Assembly: GCA_013239625.1 (NCBI GenBank)
Contig: MU053652.1
Span: 3,275,902-3,339,901, forward strand
Length of the DNA: 64,000 nt
From: Lama guanicoe
Lineage: Eukaryota
Reading direction: 5' to 3'
Position numbers and translations under genes: made by a program. This document shows positions 40,020 to 51,900 of the stretch, piece by piece (positions within the stretch are counted from its first letter, which is position 1; each line of letters starts with the position of its first letter). Below the pieces are notes generated by a model, which saw only the letters and a list, made by a program, of their open reading frames with translations, did not search any database and had not been told where the DNA came from.

Positions 40020-42300
40020 CAATGTTTATTGTCTTTTCCTGACTTAAAAGTATATTTCTAGAAAATTAGAAAACTGTAAAAAACATATAAAGAAGAAAAT
40101 TAAAATAATAAACTGTATTAACAGTTTGGTCTATTTTCCCTACCCAAATCCATACTCTTTGTATATATTTTTTTATTATGGTGTTTTCAATTAACGTTTT
40201 ATCAAGCACACTTCCCTATGTCATTAAATAGACTTCATAAGTTTAATTGTCATATAATGTCTGTCCTTTGGATATGCCATCATTTATTTAATCTCTTACT
40301 GTTGGGCACTGATGTTTTTCTAATTTTTCATTTTTATAAAATAATGCTGTAATGTAAATACATAAATGTTTGTATGGTTCTCATTATTTCCTAAAGATAA
40401 ATTGCTGCAGACAGTCCAAGGGTGTAAACATTTTAACATACTCAGTGATGATTTCACATTATTTCCAGAAAGGTTCTACCTGTTTGTATTCTCACCAAGC
40501 AAATGAGAGAGGGGACTCATTTCTCTCCATCCTAGCCGATGCTGAATGAGTCTCGGTTTCGTAAATATTTTCCAATTTGATGGATCTGAAATGGTATCTA
40601 ATAGTTTTATTTTGAATTTCTCTGATAGTGTTACTGAGCTTCGCATGTATCTGTTGGTCATACATATTTCTTGTTTTGAGGACATTATGTGTCCTTTCCC
40701 ATTTTTTTCTAATGGAATTACTTACTGATTTATAAAAGCCTTATATAATTATGATATCTTTATCCACTGAAAACCAAGATAGCCTTGAAAATAAATAAGA
40801 AAAATCTTTACTTGATAATTTGGAACAATTCCCAAGCAGTATTACTAAGTAAAAATAAAACAATAACAAAATAAACAGCAAACCAAAATGTAAAACAGTA
40901 TGAATAGCATTCTCTTGGATATGTAAAAAGGGGAGGAAATAAAATATATGCAAAATATGTAGTTGTTTCATTTCTGGAAGGAGACAGAAATATGTTAAGG
41001 GGGTTTCCTTGGGGGAGGAGGCCTGAGGGCCTGCAGGTCTGGAGTGGGAAGAAGACTTCCTGTCCATATTAACAATTTTATCTTGCTTGCGTTTTTACCT
41101 TGCGCGCATGATCCTTCTTCTATTAAAGAACTAATTTCAAAACTCTTAATAAATTAAGGATATTAGCCTTTTCTCATTCATATATATCACAGATATTTTT
41201 CCTAATATGTTATTCACCTTTTAATTTTCTGTGTGTTGGTTTTTGACATATATGAGGTTTGCATTTTTTACATGATTAAATCTATTGGCCTTTAATGCTG
41301 TATTTTATTGCTTTAGATTCATAAAATCCGAAATAAGATATTAACTTATGTTTTCTTCTATCAACTTGGTTGGTTGTTGTGGGTTTTTTTTCTACATCAA
41401 TCCATCTGTTATATATTTTGGTATATGATGTGAATGGCTTATCTAAATTTGATTTTTTTAGATAGTTGACAGATTATCCCAGCACCATTTATTTAATAGT
41501 TCTCCCTTTACTCATTGATTTCTGATGTTACCTTTAACATACATTAGATTTTTATATATATTCTAGGATTTGTTTCTGTATTCTTTATTATTTTCCATTG
41601 TTTTGGTTATGGTTCTGCATTGTTTTGATTATTTACCTTTTTAATATATGTTACTATTTGATAAGGCATCATCTTCAAATTACATTGCTCTCTCTCTCAC
41701 TCTGTCTATATATATATAGGTATATATATACACATACATTTTTTTCTCTTCTCATCTTTAAAATCATTTTAAGCTTTTTTTAAAGCCCACTAGGATTTGT
41801 ATTAAGGCTAAACACTGAATTTGGAAAAGACTAACATCATTTCACTTTTAGTCACCAAGTAACGAATATGCAATGTGTGTCATTCTCTTAGTTCAGGTCT
41901 TCTTTAATGTCCCTAAGTAAAATTTTTGTAAGACCTATAAAGGACTTATAAGTTTTTACAGGTCCTTTGCATTTCTTAATAGGTTTACTTTCTAGGAAAG
42001 TATATTTTATATCTGCAGTTGTTACTGTAAATGAAATGTTCTTAGTGTTAATTTCTAATTGGTATATAGGAAAAATATTTTGTTAGCAGTTTATTTAATC
42101 TAATCTATTTATCTTGTAAATAGGTCATTTTTATAATTAACCTTAAAATCTCGATTATTTTTATAATCTAACATATTTATTTCCCTTAGTCTCATAAAGT
42201 TCTCTTAAAGTTTCTAGGTATATTACATCACATGCAAATTAAAATTTAAAATCTTCTTTAATATCTAGGTCTCTTATTTCTATTTCTTCTCTCATTGTGC
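40020..42300 (-). mobile_element. Highly decayed L1ME-type fragments
   Basis: AT-rich degenerate L1 3'/ORF2 motifs (tcccagcaccatttatttaata); approximate. Confidence 0.5.
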
Positions 42301-42315
42301 TAACCTGGTTAGAAC

Positions 42316-43739
42316 AGCAAATTCTCAAACTTTCTGGTATCAGTCTCCCTCTACACTCAATTTTTGAGGACCTCAAAGAGTTTTGGCTTATGTGAATTAT
42401 CTCTCTTAATATTTAAGGTATTAAAAATTTAATTTAAACTGAGAACTTTAAAAATTTAAACTGAGAACTTTAAAAATATTTATTTACTATTTTACTTAAA
42501 AATAACAATACTAAACCCATTATAAACATAAATAACATATTTGTATGCAAAATAGCTATATTGCCAAAATAAAAATATATAAGGAGAATGACAATGTTTT
42601 ACAATTTTTGTAAGTCTTGTTAATGTCTGATTTAATAGAAGACAGCTGATTTCCATACCTTCTGCATTCAGTCTGTTGCAATATGCTCTTTGGATTGAAG
42701 TACATGAAGAAAATCTGGCCTCCCACAGATCTGTAATTGAAAAAAGGAAGAATATTTTAATAGCCCTCTCAGATAATTGTGGATATTTTTCTTTGATACT
42801 ACATCAACACCTGGTGACTGGTAGCGTCTTAAAGGTTAGCTGTAGTGTAGAATCTGAAACTCTATTAATGAAGCTTTCATACTCAGTTACAGTAAACCCA
42901 TTGGTCTTTCTTGCATTCTGAATGAATCTTTTACCCATTTATGATTTTGTAACATCGCTCATTGGTCATTTGGAAAATATTGGTTCGCTGAGTTATGAAG
43001 ATCTTCCAAATGTTGACAAACTTCATTACACAATATCAAAAAAGTCACATTTATTAACCTCAACACCTGTCTTATCAGAAAAGTCATTAAGACAGGGAAT
43101 CAGTCAAGCTTTTGATGGCAGTTTCCAAAATTCAGATTTTTGTTCGAGATTTAATCATTGCAACAAATACTATTTCATCAGTTGTTTTCCTTGAAATGAG
43201 AAGTTCTCTTGTATGATTTTTGAGAGTGTATCTGCCATATGCAAAAATCTAAATAACCATAGTTTTCCTGTCAATTTTTCTTCCAAGTGAAAATGATGTT
43301 CAAGGCAAAAGCAGCCTACTCACACTCATAATTTTCCTTGAGACACTGGTATGTAGCAAACATGCTGTATGTGGATTCTCCGTTTCATCACACAGAGTCT
43401 TAAAAAAGATGTGTACTTAAGGGTGAGATTTAATAAAATTATTATTACTACTTCAGTCAGGGACTTTTAAAAATATTATTGCCATATTTACTAACTGTGG
43501 GTGGGTGTGTACTGATGAAAAATGCAATAATTACTAATAAAACTTAGTACCTCTGCCCTGATTCTTGCCAGCCATTTCATCCACCATTTCTTTTGCACAG
43601 TAAGTGCAAATATCAACACGGTAAAAAAGACAAATAACATCTTAATATTATTATGAAAATAATTCTCATCTTGCAAATCCCCTGAAAGGGTCTTGGGGAC
43701 TCCTGGGGTCCACAGACTACATTTTGAGAGTCTATATAT
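42316..43739 (-). mobile_element. Charlie1a-like hAT DNA transposon, about 1.4 kb, both ends present
   Basis: Ends cagcaaattctcaaacttt and ccctgaaagggtcttggggactcctggggtccacagac...ttttgaga; flanking direct repeat GTTAGAAC 42308-42315 / 43740-43747. Confidence 0.75.
42431..42477 (+). repeat. 22-bp tandem duplication inside the Charlie element
   Basis: AATTTAAACTGAGAACTTTAAA twice (42431-42452, 42453-42474). Confidence 0.9.
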
Positions 43740-43870
43740 GTTAGAACTTAATAATTTAATAACGGTGATATGATTTCCTTTTTTTTCCACCTAATTTCAA
43801 TGGAACTGCCTAAAAAGAAAATACAGATTCTGAAGTTAAATTTACTTACTTATTTATTTGCAAATTTTAG

Positions 43871-44015
43871 ACAATGGTTCTGCAACTTCAGACCCTGATG
43901 CTGAAATCACTGCCAGGACCAACGGGAAAGGGAGCCCCGGGGAGCAATCGCCAAGCCCCGTCCAGTTCATAAACAGTGCGGGAGCCGGGGACTCCAGCCG
44001 CTCAACACTTCAGAG
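43871..44015 (+). CDS. CEP41: CEP41 exon 6 (NGSATSDPDAE...SSRSTLQ-S)
   Basis: aattttag| ... GAG|gtgctc; 145 nt. Confidence 0.93.
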
Positions 44016-45674
44016 GTGCTCTCATCAGATTCGTGTTTTCACTGCACTTTACCTTCATTAATCTAGATACCAATGTCAGTGATTTAATTACCTTAGAAAC
44101 AGATTGGCAATAGTGAGGTCCCACATTTTCAGCCAAGCCCTTCTATTTTCTCTTTATATAAATGCCACCTCCTGAGTCTGTTCACAGCATTCTTAGTTAA
44201 TGTAAGGATATATTTGATAGGAGAGCATTAATTTTCACTCCTCAACTCCATTCTTCTCAGCCTTCCTATACGCAAGTTTGCTATCAGGACTTAGCTTTAC
44301 AACCACTATCTTTTGACTCAGGGAGTTTGATTCTCCCCTCTCCTCTTCTGTCTGCTGCAGCTTATAATTACCCTGTCTAGAATCAGAAGAAAAATAGAGT
44401 GCCACACGTAGTGCTCTGATATTAAATAGGCGCAAAGGAGAGTGAAAGCAGCCTTGGTGTCAGTTCTCCAACTGCACATGGCAGTTACATGATGCAATGA
44501 TTTCTCACAGTATTCATTGCTGATTATAAGACAGGGCTGATTTTCAGCACATATCCATCCCTTCTACTAGAGAAGCCAGTTCTAACAGAGAAAGGATTGC
44601 TATCATTAATACCAATATTATTATTTTTATAACCTTCTGTGCAAGGACTCTAAAATTGCATTGAAAACAAGCCACACCAACAAGGCTTCCATTGAAGATT
44701 CAGTTTCGTGAGAAATAGTTTCTTCTCCTTTGGTTCAACAAAATACGCACTATATGACATACAGTTGTGTTTATTGGATTTAAAGGCAGAATTTGACTTG
44801 CTGTGATGGGAGAGGAACTGTTGCTACAGACTGATCTGTGGTTTGGCATATGTGTCTTCCTATTTGCCTAGGAAAGTGATCATCATCTTATTCCAATGCA
44901 GATATTTCACTACTTGCCATTTTGTTCATAATACCTATTCTTCTTTTTTCTCTGATTCATGTTTTTGCCACATTTTGCCTATATTAATATGGTGAGCAAT
45001 TTTAGTGATTTTATGACCTCAGAAACAGAACTGTCAGTGGTAAACGTCCTCATTTTAATCCTAGTTTTTATGAATGCCACCAAATCAAAAGCCTCTTCAG
45101 CGTCAGTGTTGTAACCTATAAAATGGAAGTGAGTACAGATAAACTATTGAAAACATTAATGTTCAAAATCCATATTGGATAGGTCACTGTATAAGTATAT
45201 GAAATATATTAAAACACCATTGTTACTTTATATTACATATATATAGAAATGCCTCCATTTTTCCTGTCCCATCAAGTTTATTCTTTCCTCTTTTGCTCTG
45301 CTTTCCTACACTCATCAGAAATCCATTGGATTAACTGTCCGCCTCTTTCTTTCTCTGAACTCCCTTGTTGCTGGAGGCAGCATGCACCTTACAGTTTCTA
45401 CCCACTCAGCCATGCTAATGACCTAACATACATTCTCTGAAGGTAAGTATGGACAGTGGGTCCCCTCCTTGGGGTCCATTGTGATCAAACAGGAATCCAT
45501 CCGTAGGATCTTGTATTCAGAGGCAGAACTGAGACCCCATATCCATTTTCCTTTGTCTCTGAAGTATCTTTTGAAAAGACAGTGAGCACTCTCTCACTGT
45601 TCTGAAGAAGCACATTTGACCTTTAAGCCACCAATCCCTGACCAGTGTCTGCTGACCTCCTTTTTCACTTGCAG

Positions 45675-45826
45675 CGTCATCAGTGGTGTTGGGGAACTGG
45701 ATCTAGACAAAGGGCTTGTGAAGAAAGCAGAGCCCAACACCAAAGACAAGCCTTATCCCGACTGCCCCTTCCTGCTGCTAGATGTGCGAGATAGAGATTC
45801 TTACCAGCAGTGCCACATTGTTGGAG
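45675..45826 (+). CDS. CEP41: CEP41 exon 7 ([10 protein letters not shown]...[20 protein letters not shown]), start of the rhodanese-like domain
   Basis: cacttgcag| ... GAG|gtaaga; 152 nt. Confidence 0.95.
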
Positions 45827-46220
45827 GTAAGAGAGAGAAGGCTTTATAGTGTCTCCTGCCAAGAACAGAGCCCATTTTTGAGTCCAGGCAGGCTTGCACC
45901 AATCCCATGGTCAGCAGTTAAGGAAACCGGAGCCGGGTGCATTCTGGGAACCTGTAAGTTGGCTCTACCATATTCTCTGAGAGGCTGATGACATTCTCAG
46001 AGGGCTTAGGGGCCCAGTGCTCAACGTCAGAAATAGTGAAGTGAAGCTTCGTATTTTGTTCCATGTCCTGTTTCTTTTCTTTCACAAAAGTATTTAGGTT
46101 TATAGCTAGTTGATTTTGAAAATATGTTTATTTTAACTCTTAGACTTTAAAACAACTGGGAATTGGAGCCAAGTTGTACTGAGAGCTGCAGACTTCCTAA
46201 GCTTTTTCTTCTCTTTGCAG

Positions 46221-46288
46221 CTTACAGTTACCCAATTGCAACTCTGTCTAGAACAATGAACCCTTATTCAAATGATATTCTTGAATAT
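46221..46288 (+). CDS. CEP41: CEP41 exon 8 (YSYPIATLSRTMNPYSNDILEY)
   Basis: ctctttgcag| ... TAT|gtatccttt; 68 nt. Confidence 0.95.
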
Positions 46289-47311
46289 GTATCCTTTGTT
46301 GCATTTTTAAGGAGTTGGGTGGTATAAGGATTATAAGAATCAAACATATCATGCTCCTGGTAAGAAAACTCGTTGAAGGACCTTCGATATTAATTAGCTT
46401 ATTTAGCATATTTTAGAATTTGGATCCTTAGCTGTTGCTGTGAATACTTCCAAGCAATCCTACAGTGGGCCAAAAAACATTAGGTTAAAGGTTACGATCC
46501 ATTGAGAGTTAGTCCTAAGACTTTTTCCCCAGAAACTTTCCCAAGTAAAACATAAGGAGTAAGTTTTTTTCCTTCTATTTAAATTTTTTTCTTAACATTT
46601 AATTTTCGTGCTCATAAAAATCACACAAGTAGAAAATAATTTAAACACTGAAAAATATAAAAAATTAAATTGAATCTCCAAATAATTACACAATTGAACA
46701 AACTCTTACTATGTTTTTGTGCATTTATTCCAGACTATCTTCTGTATATTCTCTTTAACAAAGTAGAAACCATACTGTACACATAATTTAGTGTCTTGCT
46801 TTCCTACACTTCATATTACGAGGTATTTCCCCACACTAACACAAGCTCTTTGTATACCCTATTTGTGATGCAGTGTAATACAGCATCTTCAGATTTACTG
46901 TAATTTTCTAAACCATTCCTCTCTATTGGTCTTTTAGGTGGTTCCCATTTTTTTACTATTATAAATAAGGTTGCAGTGGACACACTGGGCATAAGAGTTT
47001 TTTTGTTTCCTCATCTGTAAAATGGAGGTGGTGATACTGACTCTGCAGAGTCATCCAGATAAAAGAGCCAGAGATGTAGTGTGTGTAACCAGTGCCGTCT
47101 TGGACATGGTAATACTAGTTTATAAAAGAAAAGGATACCAGCTTGTGTGGTTTCCATGACAAGAAAGAAATCCAGTACCCTCTAAAGAGGGGTCGTCTGA
47201 TACTCCCTGAACTCGGAGAGGTGAACCTTGGCGGCTGTTGTTGCCCCGGGGTTTCTGTGTAGTCTAGGAGCATTAGCTTGGTGTGGTCAAACCTTAACTC
47301 ACCCAACTCAG
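46289..47311 (+). other. CEP41: U12-type (minor spliceosome) GT-AG intron, CEP41 intron 8, 1023 nt
   Basis: 5' site GTATCCTTT; branch ACCTTAAC 47291-47298, ending 13 nt before the intron end; no long polypyrimidine tract. Confidence 0.93.
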
Positions 47312-47426
47312 AAAAACGCCCACGGCAAGATCATCATCCTATACGACGATGACGAGAGGCTGGCCAGCCAGGCAGCCACCACCATGTGTGAGCGGGGATT
47401 TGAAAACCTCTTCATGCTTTCCGGAG
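47312..47426 (+). CDS. CEP41: CEP41 exon 9 ([39 protein letters not shown])
   Basis: actcag| ... GAG|gtgagg; 115 nt. Confidence 0.95.
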
Positions 47427-47895
47427 GTGAGGAGGCTGATGCTGCTTAGGACTTGAGAGACAGATACTGGGGCTCACAGTCCTTCAGCTCCAGCCCTATC
47501 GCCTTTTTCCTCCCAGTGCTTAGAATTTAATGTTCTGGGAAGAGAGAAAACCATGCTGGCTGAAAGGAATCAGGAGTATGTGAAACTTCTGTCCGCTCCC
47601 TCAGCACATGTTTTTAATTCCTGAAATAATGATGTTGATGTATGGCCCTGTAAGAAAGCCTTAATGCTGAAGACTTGAGCTAAAGGATTTCTGGTGGAAT
47701 TCTCAGAATCCCACATAACAACTGACAGACATCTTCTGGTATAATTTACTTAATGGTGAAGTAGTTAAGAAAGATTTCCCGTCCTCGTGTTGGCCTCGAC
47801 TTGGAGACCAAAGATGAGACATGCAGGCTCCCTTCCAGGTTTGCCTTGGCCTCGCCAGGCTAATAGTGCTTTTTCTGATGATCTTCCACACCTAG

Positions 47896-48111
47896 GTCTA
47901 AAAGTCTTAGCTCAGAAATTCCCAGAAGGACTGATTACGGGTTCCCTGCCAGCATCTTGCCAGCAGGCCCTTCCTCCTGGTTCTGCTCGGAAACGATCCA
48001 GCCCCAAAGTGCCACCCCTACCAGCTGAGAATAAGTGGAGATTTACCCCAGAAGACCTAAAGAAGATAGAATATTACCTGGAAGAGGACCAGGGTCCTGC
48101 AGACAATCCTA
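47896..48111 (+). CDS. CEP41: CEP41 exon 10 (LKVLAQKFPEG...EEDQGPADNP-S)
   Basis: cacacctag| ... CTA|gtaaga; 216 nt, phase 1-1. Confidence 0.95.
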
Positions 48112-48776
48112 GTAAGATATTTTGACCTTTAGAAGTAATGTTTTTTTTGTAGAACTTGAGGTTTGCAGCTTTGAACATCAACCCCATCATATGAAAAGCT
48201 TGATCTCTTGTATTCAGATTTTTAAAATATTTATGGGGGGAGGGGAATGTGCAGGTACTGTTTGTGATGAGGGGAGTGGAGGTGACCCCAGATTATGGCA
48301 AGAATTAGGCATTGCACACAGACATAGAAGAGAAGGTATCCGTCAAAGAGAGTTTGTATCTCAGGCAGAGTTGAGGGGCTAAGATTAGATTCCTTCTTGA
48401 AAAGTTTGTTTCCTTCCACTGCTTCTGGGCACGTTTAAACTCCTTCCAGCCTTTCCTTAAGCACACTGCGTTCTCTTTTTCCTCTAATCATTCCTGCACC
48501 CTTCTTTACAAAGAAAGAATGAAGGACGAGGTTGGTTGGGATAATGGAGAGGAAGGAAAGAAAAGCTATCCAGGTTTCCTTTCATCCTGGTCCCTTCCCC
48601 ATCTTCTAGTTAGTCTCAAGAAGAGTGGGTTTTAGTCTAAAGTTGATGCTGAATAGGACTCCATTAGCTTAAACGTGGTTGTAGCATAAGACTTCATTAC
48701 TTTCAAAGTGTACTTGGCAGATTGTCCCTGGAATCATTCTTGCAGCTCTGCTCCTTGCTTTTTTTGCTCCCTTCAG

Positions 48777-48925
48777 GCCGGCTGAGACAACCTCATGCTT
48801 CTGGAAGAGACTCCAAGGTTCCAGGCACCCGCAGCGGTCAGAACCTACCCACCGGAGGCCCTGCCGGCCACCCGAACCCCCGCTCCCTGGGCAGTGGCCA
48901 CGTGCAAGGCAAACCATGGAAGTAA
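48777..48925 (+). CDS. CEP41: CEP41 exon 11 coding part (RLRQPH...GHVQGKPWK-stop)
   Basis: cccttcag| ... AAG TAA; all exons sum to 1122 nt = 373 aa. Confidence 0.95.
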
Positions 48926-51900
48926 CGACTATCTTAGTCAAATAAATGTTTCCTCTCCTTTCAGAACTCCTGAGCAGTCCCCAAGTTGGTCATTTTCAGA
49001 AACTGCTGCAGAGAAAAGACCACAACATGGGTGATAGGCTCCCTTTCCTCTTCCTGTTTCCAGCTCCTCTCCCACATCCGGCTCGGGAAGGATTTTTATG
49101 GAAAGCAGAGGCATGGCAGTCTCTAGTGTCCTCCATATTGTTTACAGAGTATTTAGGTCTCTGAAACTGAGTCGGAAAAAAAAATCTAATTATTTTAGGC
49201 TTTCTTTTTTTTAAATAAGGTCCAGCTTGTTTTGGTCTATGTCCTGCATTATTTTGTAAATACTTCAGGCACATCTAGTGTGTCCTTCCCAGCCAGTTCT
49301 TTTTCACTCAGTGTTCTTGGTTTCATGGAGGTTCTCCAGGTCGGCTTTGTAGAGGCCGTCCGCGGGGGTGCAGATGATTCCTAGCCCCCAGGCCCCCACC
49401 AAGTGTGGACCCACTGGCTGAGGAGCTCTTTTCCCAGCACCCGTTGCAGGCTCTGTCTTGAATTTGGAGGCTGGTGCCTGTGAGCATTGCTCAGTTTTAA
49501 GATGTAATAGCAGCTCTCACACTCCTCCTGACTAGACGTTTTCCTGGAGCCAGCGCAGGTGGTGATGTGTGCTCAGCTGCCTTCACAGGAAAGCCCTGTC
49601 TACTGTACAAGGCTGGATGGAGAGCCGTTGAAGCCCCCGGGCCCATCCCTCATTCGTGGCTGGTTTATTAGTTGTAAATTTCCATTACACAGCTCAGGCC
49701 CATCCATCTTAGATGGGTAGAAATTATGGCCACTTGAAAACATCAGCTTTGGTTGGGCACACAAGGTGAGGACAACTCCACAGTCCATTGTCAGAGCTGA
49801 CAACCCCTTAAACCCTTGCTTTAAAATACGGTATTAGTCTAATTGAGTAATTAGTGCAATTTCCTGCTTACTTTTCATTCTCGTGACTGAGCTGTGATTA
49901 GGAGGTTGTGATTATAGATTCTTGTTTGGGCCAGAATTTTGAATCAGCATTAATTGAATTGCTAGATGACTGACATTCATTCCATTTAATTGGGGGAACA
50001 AAAGACCTCAGGTAAGGATGAGGAACTCTGAAATCATCAGAAAAAGGAAAAAGAGCCTTGTTAATTTTTATGGTCTGTGATCTGTAGCTGTGATAAGGGA
50101 CTAAGGAATAAATTGTGCTCTTTGTCATGGCAACCAGCTTCTGAAAAGCCAACTGAAAATTGCCTATCCTTAGGTGGTTATTGCTGCTGGGTAAGATTTG
50201 TCTTAACGGGACTATTTTCTCGCCACCAAAAAAAAAAAGTATCACAGTATTTCCAGCAAGAGGGGCTGTGTGTGCAGGAGAAATAAAGGTAATAAATATC
50301 TTATAGAGACATATGGAAAAATAACTTTGAGATTCAGCCCAGTTCTGTTTTAGTGTGTTTATTCTTCTCTACTTGATTTCCAAAGTGCAACATTTTCCAA
50401 TGCTTTAGAAATCAAACAAACCAGGGACATTGTTCAGATGTCAAGCCGTGCCCAATTTTCCACAAGATTCAAGAATCTTGTATAAAATTCAGCCAATGTA
50501 CACATAGCTTTAATGAGGAGCCTGTCATGTTTCCCCATAAATTTATTGCCTGAGAACGAAGTTCAGCCTTTTGCTAATGCCAAAATGCTCTGGCTTTTTA
50601 TTTTCTTTACAGCATAGATTTTTTTCAATGCAAATTTTTCCACACTCAACTTTCCCCTAGCATGGACAAGATTTTCAGCCATTTTGGACACATATACATT
50701 TTTAAGAAAAAAAAATTTTTTGTCTCTGTGACAAAGTTCTCGTTATGCTATTTTCACGTTGACTAGTCAGGAATTTAAACCTCCCCCACTCTGTTCTGAA
50801 AAGTAAGTGGTAGCCCCCTTTGTTTCTATTCTGCATTCCCATCACCTCACAACACTAGAGTGTTAGAAACTGCTGTGTATACGTGCAAAGCCAGTGTAGC
50901 CAAACCTATTAGAATCACTGTGCATTTAGTTGAGAGATCAGGCAAGTTGACGTATTTATGTTTCACCATAATGCTTTGCCTATTGGTAAGGATTTTAAAT
51001 AACGACCCCTCAAAGATGTGTTCTGATTCTGCACTTTTTGTGTTAAAAACACTCAGTTAAAAATAGTTTTTTTACAAATTCAAGGCATTGCTTTGAATGT
51101 TCTACTTTACTAGGTTCTTCATTAGATCAACTACATGTATTATTTAAGTGATCAGTGATACTTTGTGCAATTATGAATGTTGAAGATTAAAGTACATAGT
51201 TATTAATTTGTTGTTTGCTATTAATGTGCCGAGCTCTGCCAACTTCTCTTCCTCTCTATTGAGATGATTTCGGGGAGCCACGTGAGACAGGGGTGATTTG
51301 AAAGAGTATTCCTTTTTGCTGCATCTCCCAGAAACACATGTTTTCTTTGTATAAATGAATCAGAAAATCATTCCACTTAAGGCAAGGGGACCTTGGCTCT
51401 CTAGTCAGAAGGCCCGCATTTCTCCTCATGCCCAGGCAGGGACTGGCTGCCCCCTTAAATGCATTACAGTGGGGCTTTCTAGTCAGTGTTGCAGGGGTTG
51501 ATGAGCTGCCCCTGCCTGGGAACTTAGGACCTCCTGGATGGAAAGTGCTTTGTCAGTGTACAACTACTGCTCCATCTGAGCGACAGTGATGGCCAAAGTC
51601 TAAATAACACGTTCAGTGCTTTAAAGGGGCATGTACTTAAGAAAGAAGGAGAGAAGGAAGGAGAGAAGCATGGAAGCAAGAAATGGGGAAGGAGGGAGAG
51701 GGGAAGGGGAAAGCAACAGTACTCATTCCAGAATAGAAAGAACATCTCAGGCTATAATAATGTCAGGTTTAATCTGTTGAAAGGCATAGGTGATTCAAAT
51801 GGCCTAAAAGTAATTTTATTTTCTACCTTGAGTAGAAAACCAGAACTAGCACAATCATATTGGACTTGGGGTGTAAATCAGAATTAAAAGAGAACAAATA

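Noticed and set aside
42676..43194. Transposase ORF in the Charlie element
   Set aside because: Short ORFs on the wrong strand for the element, with no intact hAT domain.
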